From Phoronis australis (taxonomy: Eukaryota; Animalia; Phoronida): a stretch of 64,000 bases of DNA. Location of the stretch: the NCBI GenBank assembly GCA_002633005.1, contig NMRA01000142.1:351356-415355 (forward strand), given 5' to 3'. The translations under genes were made by a program, and so were the position numbers. Of the stretch, positions 55,201-64,000 are shown in pieces. Below the pieces are notes generated by a model. The model ran no database searches, was not told the DNA's origin, and saw only the letters and a program-made list of their open reading frames with translations. Positions within the stretch are counted from its first letter, which is position 1. Every line of letters begins with the position of its first letter.

Positions 55201-58200
55201 AATAAACTTACCAATATTTAGCTCACCGATCTGTTCATTGGACGACGAACTGTCCTCTTCACTCGGTGTCTAACTGGGCCTGTATTCACTTCCACTACTC
55301 AACATCGCAGCAGGGCTACTTACAGGCTCTGGGCGATAATGAATACATCCCGGTATGCAGCAACAGCGTGGCATGTTGACTGACTCGTAAACAAAAGCAA
55401 ACGACTACCAAACTTATAACCGAGGTTGAACAATGACTGACTCGACATCTCTCACAGTCTGACTACATATAGAAATTGGCGCGAAATTCTTGCCTCCCAA
55501 AACGTCACTTCCGGAGTATAGGACGAATTGTTAATTAAATTGCGAAAAGCTGTAATTAAGTGAAAAATATGTCTGGGATAATCAATTAACATTATTTTTG
55601 CTAAAAATGACATGAAATAGGTTGCCTTCCCTTTTACCATACTGACAGTAAAGAAACCAAATTTACAGGACGTGTTACACTTCAAAATAAGCTTTAAGTC
55701 TCAAGTCACTTTTCATGAAACGCACCCCTGTGGTCTTGGTCCAGAAAAATGCATCCTGGTGTTCATTTAATAAGTAACACCACATGAAAGATCCCAAAAT
55801 TACCAAACACTGGCCAAGTGACCAGTCCGTTACTCATAATATGGGAAAACGGGTAAAGATACAGTGATCATATGTCTAGAATATTAAATAAAAGAATTAG
55901 GATGGAGACTTAATTCTATATTTCTCCTCCAAAATGAACGTGGGACCTTATCACCAAGTCTGTACATTTAGCCAATTATTTACAAAACTGCAGAATTTAA
56001 CTCAGCAAAAAAACATATTTTCTGAAAGTAGAAAATTTGACTGTCGATTTTAGACAAATCTGCTATTGACAATGTCATGAGACCATGTTTTTAGCAAAAT
56101 TTAGAAAAAAGAAACTAAAGATACATTTAAAGAAAAACAAGATCAACAGCATGACCAAATTTCATATGATATAAATAATTAATGTTTAAGATAAAATCTC
56201 GAAAACGCCGTTAGAGCTTTCCAAATTGTTGTCGCTTTTGTTTTATGCAAGTTCGATATTTTTTGAATGTCCTCATACAACAGCGGAACATTTTAAAAGC
56301 AATTCTTAAAATTTTTGGAGAACAGTGCATATAGCACAGTATCTGAAAGCTTCGTGTAAATTAAATCAGCGACGTCTGATAGTATGTCGTTCCAAAGTTG
56401 GCCAAAATTGAAAATCTTTCTAGGGTCCTACATAACCTTAAAAACTGACCTATCGCCAGGATTTTGAGTAAGGGCTTAACTGACTAATCAGAACGGAGCA
56501 TTCTTGAAACACCTTCCGTTTCTAAGCCGCTATTTTACCCACCAAACCTTGAACACCATGTTGTCTGGTAAAACTTGTTTGTGGACTTTTAGCAAGGGGG
56601 CGGAGCTTGCGATAGGTCAATTGTCAGGACTAGAAAGGGTGTTGAGTAATCGTTTCATCAAGGAATGTCCTATTCTCAGTGAAAACCAATACATTATTGT
56701 TATGTGTAGTCACACTAACACAAAGTTTATTTCTGGCTTTTGTTCTCAGATCCAGACAGTTGCTAGTCAGTGATCAACTGTCAATAGTTCCAAATAGATA
56801 CACCAGGTTGCGAGTCAGCCTGGCAAATGAGCTAGTTTATAGCAAACATTCCACGCAAATGTGCATTACGGAAACTACACAAAACCGCCACAAACTTTAA
56901 TTTGATGTACTACCTAAAATATTAGTTTTCTCATCTAAACATAATTTGGTTTTATGTAATTGCCTGTAATTTATTTAGCCGAAGTAATTTAGCATTGAAA
57001 ATCCAATGAAACAACAACATCTCAACAACTTACCGGCCCACTGTGAGCTTTATAGCATTTGTTATCAAACCATTCAGTAGAAAAACTAACGACACGCCTG
57101 CAAAAACAAAATGAAAGTTTTGTCAAAACTACGTAGCATCTACCTGCTCACACATCTACATGGTTAATAAATTAAAGCATTTTATTTATTTATTTATTTT
57201 ATTTTATTATTTATTATTTAAAATGAGGGTGGCCTCTTCAGTGATAGCACTGCTTTCCAACAGGGCCCTCTCTTTCTATAACCTTACGTAATTCTCTCTC
57301 AGAAAAATTCGTTTCGTTTAATATGCTCTTACCGTTGCTGTAATTTCCATTAAATATTCTATTCCGTGTCATACAGAGATTATGCAATAAGTGCATGTAC
57401 AGGGTGAATCACCCGAAACAGGCCTCAAACATTTGCTAATATTTTTTTTAATAGAGGCAGCAACTTCAAATAAATCTTGCAGACTGTCAATTCTACGCTA
57501 ACTTTTTTAATGCTTCCGTTTTCAGCGGCGTCTTAACATTTATCTCGAGGCTCATAGTCCAATGACTGGAGCACAAAGAAGCGTGAAACATGTCCCAGTT
57601 GAGCCACTAAAAAGAAGGTCTGAGACAAAGTCTAACAACTATGAATTTCGAGCACTTTTACAGTTGGCACTAAAATAGTCCCTATCAGTATCTAAGCGCA
57701 ACAAATTGAAAAACGCCCTGCTCTATGGAACATATCTGTTGAGAGAGAAACTACTGACACACTGCTGAAAAAAAAGTTGAAATGAACACTCTCTACGCAG
57801 CACGATACATCGTATGTTCGCGATATAACTGTGAAAGTCTATGCAAAATTTCAGGTCCCTCGCTCAAGTAGAAAAAAGTATGTTTGGGGACCGTTTCGGA
57901 GAATCACCCGGTGTAATACACAAACTGAATCCACACTCTTTGCAACCACATGACAAACTGAGCACAAAGCATAGTATCTGAAAGACAGTTTAATTCTTAT
58001 GAATAAGACAAATCATACCTTAGGTATGATGTTATGAATTAAGCCAAATTTGGACATTCTTCTAGGGTCCTAACATCATTCTTCTAGGGTCCTACATTTA
58101 CCTTAAATGTCCAACATTATATCAGATAGGACAACATACTAATGGAGCATCATGAAAGAACTGACATATCGATTGGGTAATGGTCTGATATAATGTGCCC

Positions 58201-61200
58201 GAAACCAGTTTTCTCCACTGAATAACTGGCATCAAACTGGTTCTCAAAATACGGGCAAGTTATATCAGACTATTGCCAATTGATGGAACAAAGTACAGAG
58301 AAAAATGTATTGCGGTTTCCCACTTACAATAAATAGCTTGCTTAACATCCCTCCAATCCTTCTTGACTAGGAAGTTGAGAAATATAACGGCAAGTGGTAG
58401 AATGCAGCAGGTGATCTGAAATATGCAAAAGCTGCACAATAACAAACATTTGAAGCAGGTCAATTGCGTAAAGGTCAAAACTGTGATTCACGACTAACCT
58501 GGCAATTATGAACAAATGCAGAATGCAGCCACATTAACCGTAATACCTTATGATCGATATGTGCTATTTCAGTTGTCATGTTGAGAAACAAAACTATTCA
58601 TGCCATGTCATGATATCTGTTTATATGCATAAAGTCTAGTCATATGAAGTATCAATTATTACATATCCCTTTGGCAAATTTCATAGTAGAATGTCCTCAT
58701 AAAGCATAAAGGCCCGTTTCCATTTAGTACGTGACGTGTAATGCATTTAAAGGAAACAAGTCCACTTTCAATGCTACATTTAGTAAAAACGCTGGTCCCT
58801 CAGGTAATCTTGGAGATTTGTTTTCTTTAGTGTTAATTTCTGTTCCCCTGGCACGTGTTAGTAATCCAAAGAACAAAAGAAAGTGACGTGAACCCCCCCC
58901 CCGCAAAAGGTCCACATTTCAGCAATCATTTCCAATGAGAAAACACAATTTCCAACTCAATACTGAACGCAGTCTGTGTTGGTCATCCGTGTTTCCTCAG
59001 TGGAACTGAATGTATATCCAAGATGAGGTGCTGTTGTCGAACCAATCACATCACTTTCTATAATTGTTTGGATAGCAAATACATGTCAGGGGAAGAGAAG
59101 TTTAAACAGTAAACTGTTTCTCCCGAGATGATCAAACATGTGTATTTTTACTACAGGTAACATTAAAAATGGTTGCTTTCCCCTTTAAATTGCTTAAGCA
59201 ATAAAATGAAAGAGATGTTTCCAATTGTCCGCAATACAAAAAGCATAAATGCATAACCTGTGTTGTGTTTATGAAACGGATTTATTGTGTAGCGAATAAA
59301 TACGTGATACGGAAGGGGTATTCTGTTTTCATGTCATCGCTGGGTCTCCCATTGACAGCCAAGAAACACTACAGTGGGTGTCAAAATGGCAATTACGGCC
59401 TACTTTCCACCCACAGTGATTAGAGACAAAATTTTGCTTTGCGAAAAATAAAATGTAAACTACATGTAGTAACCTACATTCTCACACTGTCATCCATGTA
59501 CAACAAGTGCTGTCTGCTCCCTGGAAATATTGGAGAGCCACTATGTAGAAAGTTTACTGGGCTCATAGAAAGGTTTGGCTGTTGAGTTGAGAGATACAAA
59601 GGGAGCTTCGAAAATGCATCACTTTATGCGAACATGCGTAAACATGAAAACTCATTGGTTATTGTAATGAATATAATGCATTACACACGCAACAAATTAA
59701 TGTTGAGGAAATACATACTGAGTAGAAAATTTATTCATTTCAAATCATAAGATAATAAAACTGAAAATACTGAAGAATAAAGAGAACATGAGAAGGGCAT
59801 TTCAAAATTCAGCATGTACACTGATCATAAATCAGAATAATGTTACGGTTTCCCATGTGGTAGCAGCTTTCATTTCCACGTGGTCATTCATGAAACGTTA
59901 GAAAACTTATTATTTAAATGTAAATGTGGTTCATCTGCCAGTCAGGTGTGTCTCCTTAAAAGGATACCAAACCCAGCTTTGGCCTATAAACAAAATACTG
60001 CTCTGTAACCCTCGCCAACCCTCAAAAGTTTGGAGGAGATTTGAAAACTCCTTTCAAAGTCTGCTAAGCGGGCATTATCGTGACCTTCGCTTTCCGCAAA
60101 TTACTCGGCAACCATCATCAAAAGACCACCCACTCTAAGGACCATGATGTCCAAGCTGTGACATGAAGAGTAGTACGAGTTTTTACTTAATTGCCTTTAA
60201 CTTGGAAGATTGGGGCATTAGCAGGTGACAAAATGAGGATTGATTGAAATTATCAAGACAGGGTTTAGTGTCCTTTTGAACATGCCAAATGAAATAAAGT
60301 GTTTGTAGTTAAGTCTTACCAACAGCATCCAATCTGGAAAGTAACTATCAACGGAGGGGTATTTGTACAGCCAGACCTCATTTAGATGTATCTCTCTTTT
60401 AAACGGCTCTAAACTCTCTGTTAATCTAAAAGAGATGAAGACACGCATGAGTCTTGATGACGTTACTAAACGAATGATTGATCAATGTTGATAGCTGACC
60501 GACATCATTCTTGAATGACTGACTTCCTAAATGGGCCAAAATCCAAACTTAACTAAAAACATCCACGAATCATAGCTAACAAAAACAATTCCTGAAATGA
60601 GTGTCAACTGCAGTAAAATTCTTCAATTTGAGTCAAATTTGCAATAAGTGCCGTATTTCTAATGACAGATACACGACAATGCTAAGAAATTTACCAAATG
60701 CTGTTTAGTTACATAGGGCTCAGTTTGACAGCCTGCAGAGTGCCTCACCAATGAAACCTCAGATTTTGCTTGGCACCCTGGTAAAAATTCCAAGTCGTCA
60801 TGAAATCGCCAAATTTTTGCGAGTTACAACCACTGAAGTCAGAAAAATAAGAATTAAGCCGTGATTTGGTTCGAAACTTGTGGTGACTTCCAATAACACT
60901 GTCAACAGGAAGTAAACAGACACCAGTCAGAGTCGGTGTTAGGCAAAAATCAGCAAAGTCTGACCATGAAGCATGCACAAAACAATTTTTTGATCTTTTG
61001 TTACGTAAAGAAAACTCCTGCACACTCAAATGCATAACAGTAATATAGCGAGAGCTGAACAGGAAATCTGTAGACAACGTGCAGGAGAGTAATCCTTAGT
61101 TTTCCGTTCGACTAAATAAAAAACAAAAAATACCACTGGGACGTTCTAGATGCCCTTTTTCATTTTTGAATGTTGCCAACTATATCATTTTCACTGCGAT

Positions 61201-61333
61201 GGCAGTAATTGCCATTGGATACTCATGCATTCAATCACATATTAGCCACTTACATGAAAATGCAAGCGAGTATCACTCTCACTAATACTTCCATCATGAC
61301 GGTGGTGTTCATCTCCGCCAATTTCACTTTCAT
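52258..61333 (-). CDS. PLPP5: Phospholipid phosphatase 4/5-like (PPAPDC1, PAP2 family), 7 coding exons, 273 aa
   Basis: Exons 61333-61254 ([12 protein letters not shown]), 60425-60320 ([19 protein letters not shown]), 58415-58328, 57097-57034 ([14 protein letters not shown]), 54074-53938 ([13 protein letters not shown]...[12 protein letters not shown]), 53245-53078 (YIAGKLH...[11 protein letters not shown]), 52436-52258 (DVVAG...YYPPL, TAA). All GT-AG with consistent phases; PAP2 motifs KxxxxxxRP, PSGH and SRxxxxxHxxxD intact. PLPP4 versus PLPP5 orthology is not resolvable by eye. An alternative in-frame ATG lies at 61369. Confidence 0.95.
54735..55633 (-). mobile_element. Non-autonomous Kolobok-like DNA transposon with ~280-bp TIRs and a transposase remnant
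   Basis: 54740-55020 is the imperfect reverse complement of 55356-55630. The minus strand reads a THAP-like start [10 protein letters not shown] and a fragment [19 protein letters not shown]...[13 protein letters not shown]. Ends resemble TTAA-AGG. Confidence 0.7.
56444..56622. repeat. Short dispersed element with inverted tgacctatcgc ends; related terminus at 42620-42650
   Basis: actgacctatcgcca ... gcaagggggcggagcttgcgataggtcaatt; gttgacctatcgcaagctctgcccccttgc at 42620. Confidence 0.55.
57179..57220. repeat. AT-rich microsatellite (TTTA/TTA)n
   Basis: tttatttatttatttattttattttattatttattattt. Confidence 0.8.
57400..57911. mobile_element. Tc1/mariner-type MITE
   Basis: ta-cagggtgaatcacccgaaacaggcctcaaaca ... 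tgtttggggaccgtttcggagaatcacccgg; ~35-bp imperfect TIR starting TA-CAGGGTG. Confidence 0.7.
58751..59184. mobile_element. Second Kolobok-like non-autonomous element flanked by TTAA
   Basis: TTAA|AGG at 58747-58753 and CCT|TTAA at 59182-59188. The right end (aaagcaaccatttttaatgttacctgtagtaaaaata on minus) matches the TIR of the 54735 element. Confidence 0.65.
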
Positions 61334-63036
61334 GGTGCTCTTCACACGATTGCTATGTAGACATTTCATATGTCATCATGTTCCGACGCAGAGAAGAGAT
61401 CTAAGATCTGCAAATTAAAGCATGAAGCGGATATTATGCAACACTAGTCTGTGACCTTATAGGTGCAATACATGTATACATTTAATTAATAAAGCCATAT
61501 GCCACCAAAGTTTAAATCAATTCCACACCTTTTACAGCTTATTATCATCAGATTCTGTAACTTATTAGAAATATACCAACACAACTAGGATTTTGTAATA
61601 AATCCTTACACAAATTATTTAGGTCACATAACAATAACAAGGTGTGCCAATTACAAACGTGAGAAAACCAACCCTGGCCGAAGCTAGTACAACCAGAAAA
61701 CGGCTACACAAATTGTAACAATGGAAACAATTCCTCGTAGGAAAAATGTACCTGCGTGAAAAACGTTGCAGAATTTGTACTTTTCTATATAGTGAACAAG
61801 TCAAGTAAAAGACAGTGAAAGTCTTCTCAGATGCTGTTCATTCAAAGTCGAAGCAAAATCAGATGTTTCTAACATTGGACGAGACGCTTACAACAAATGG
61901 TAAAGGTAATAATCCTGAAAATAATTTAACACCATATTATTTAAAATATTACAGAAATAAACTAAGTTCTTGGTCATTCATCGTTTTCAATTTCATTGAG
62001 GAATACATGTAAGAATATCGATTCCACCGTTTCTCTCACAAAACATGAAACTGTCGCAGAGTTATGCTTTAAAATGATGAAACGTATCATGTTCATCGCA
62101 GATCAGTGTCACCTATTGAGCACATCATCTTCAAAGGATGGGTGGCATAACATTAGCCCAGTCTAGCCAACAATCAACTTTTTTTCGACTAAATTCATTC
62201 CCATTGCAGTCAATGAGATAGAGATCAACCAAAAACATACAGAAGGCTACAAGGAGGTCATCCGACAGCCAGCCATGCGAAGAGGTGGCATCAAAGACAA
62301 AAGACCTGTCTAGCAAAGGCAATAAAGTACATGCCTGGTCAGAATCATGGAGTGGGCTTCTGAGACCACCAGTGAATGTGGTTTTGGCTTAATGTACCAA
62401 TTAACAATCTGTCGCCTAGATGGCCTAGCCACTTCTCTCATACTGTAGACTGTAAATTCCAGAGTTGAGGTTCAGTAGCATCGGTGAACCCATGATCGAC
62501 AGCGTAATCCACAATCGCGCGATGCCCTTATGGCCTTATGATTTTCGTTTCAGTATCAAAAAGTATTGAAAGGTCTTACCCCTTAAATTGAATTAATTTC
62601 AAGTTTCAGACGCAAGAAGTTTGCACTACGAGCATGACATCTTGTTTACTGAATCACGCATGCACAAAATCTTGCTTTTCTGAACGTGGGTAATTAAATT
62701 TAACAAGTTGACCTGCACTGCTGCAGCAGAGGAAGCACACGATTGGCAAATTTCCCTTTTGGAAATAATTGTTTTAGTCGGTGTGAAGCGTAATTCGTTG
62801 AAAAGCTTCCGGCATATGATGCACTTATAGGAGCTACACCGTCTCTTCTGAGCTAGCTAAAAGAAGTAAATCCGGCCTTGTTAGGCCTACTAAATTTCTG
62901 AATTCTGGTCCAGATGGCAGATGGCCGAGTCCAATTAGGTATTCAAAATTGGCAAGAATGCATATCCGGAAGACGGTGTTACGTCAAGGGACGTATTTAA
63001 AACAATGCAAGACACAACACGTGGCAATACATTTAC

Positions 63037-63108
63037 CTATAGTATATACAATCGCTCCGCCGAATGATAAATGATGAACTAAGCAAACACAGCAGCTTGT
63101 TGAGACGT
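63037..63108 (-). other. Possible 5' UTR exon of the PLPP gene
   Basis: The first coding exon is preceded by an acceptor (ttaatttgcag, exon starts 61407). A minus-strand donor TAG|GTAAAT lies at 63036, near a relatively CpG-rich region. Confidence 0.35.
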
Positions 63109-63370
63109 CTGCAAAGGAGTGGCGTTACAATAGTAAATCTAACAAGTTTGTTGCTGTTCCCAATTAATAGAATCGTTACATCGCAAGGTATATTGTTTTT
63201 TTTTTCAATATTTCTTGTTTGCTTAACAAAAAAGTTCAGATGTTTGGTCTGTAATGCATTTTTTCGCTAAAAAAGATTCAAAATAGCAATGATCGATAGG
63301 TGACGCTAGTAGTGTTCGTATTATTCCGTATGCTACGGAACTTATCGAAGAATTTTATGGGGAAGCCAAA

Positions 63371-63424
63371 ATGGCGGAGAAGCTGCCATGGGGGCTTCAA
63401 GGAACCACGAAAGGTTCTACAAAG
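63371..63424 (+). CDS. Probable first coding exon of an unidentified gene (MAEKLPWGLQGTTKGSTK...)
   Basis: gccaaaATGGCG start context, 54-nt open frame ending at AAG|GTAGGA donor, divergent from PLPP. Product not recognised. Confidence 0.4.
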
Positions 63425-63902
63425 GTAGGAGAGAGTAAAACTGAGCAATTTTTCTCTTTGTCATGTGATAAGAAATTATAGTTATGCACTCTTGATTGTC
63501 ATCTAAGTTGCACATTTTGTCGAGAATCGCTGATTGCCCTGACTTTGTGAATGTGAAAAAAATGGTTATTTCAATTTTCATTCTGCGCCGCGGGGATGAC
63601 AAATGTATGGCAGAGGTCAGACTGAAACCAGTTGTACCTTTATTTGCTGAATTTGGTTGGCAAGTTTGAAATCAAAATCTGGACCTGAAAATCCTCTTTT
63701 AAATATCTTTGTGCAAGTTCCCGCTCACCGGGGTTGAGGGTCACCAGTCTAATCTCATCTGAAATCAACAAGATTTAAGAAGATATTCTGCAATGAAGTT
63801 GGCCTCCCAGGCATTTTTTTTTGTTGGTGTAGTGTGCTCTTCAAGATATAGAGTGTAGACTGGTAGCCTTACTTGAAATCTCTATGTTGCGGTTGGTAAG
63901 AA

Positions 63903-64000
63903 CAGGGCTCGACGCTATTAAAATCGCCAGGTCGCATTTTGCGACCTAGCCAAAATCCCAGGTCGCATTTTCAAAATCCAGCTCGCATTCCTAAACGCCA
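63903..64000. mobile_element. Possible left end of a hAT-like element
   Basis: cagggctcg terminus followed by subterminal repeats ccaggtcgcatttt (x3, one forming the hairpin aggtcgcattttgcgacct); the other end is outside the window. Confidence 0.35.

Overview
Eukaryotic (intron-rich, AT-rich, probably invertebrate animal) genomic DNA, not prokaryotic. It holds three clear genes and the probable start of a fourth. (1) Minus strand, 25117 down past position 1: one uninterrupted reading frame of at least 8,372 codons, missing from the supplied ORF track because no stop falls in the window. It encodes a signal peptide, LRRs, LRRCT, one Ig domain, a furin site, a single TM helix and an acidic low-complexity tail of at least 7,980 aa, whose distal half is an array of ~545-aa repeats. 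(2) Plus strand, 30501-50372: telomerase reverse transcriptase (TERT), 23 exons reconstructed by hand. CP, QFP, T, RT motifs 1,2,A-E and the CTE are all present, but there is no recognisable TEN domain, the T and B' motifs are deviant, and two introns are GC-AG. (3) Minus strand, 61333-52258: a 7-exon PLPP4/PLPP5 (PPAPDC1)-type lipid phosphatase, convergent with TERT. (4) A probable first coding exon at 63371 (+). Introns carry MITEs, Kolobok-like TTAA elements, a minisatellite and a 67-bp tandem duplication of a TERT splice donor. All exon models come from manual translation and splice-phase matching; no alignments or database searches were run.
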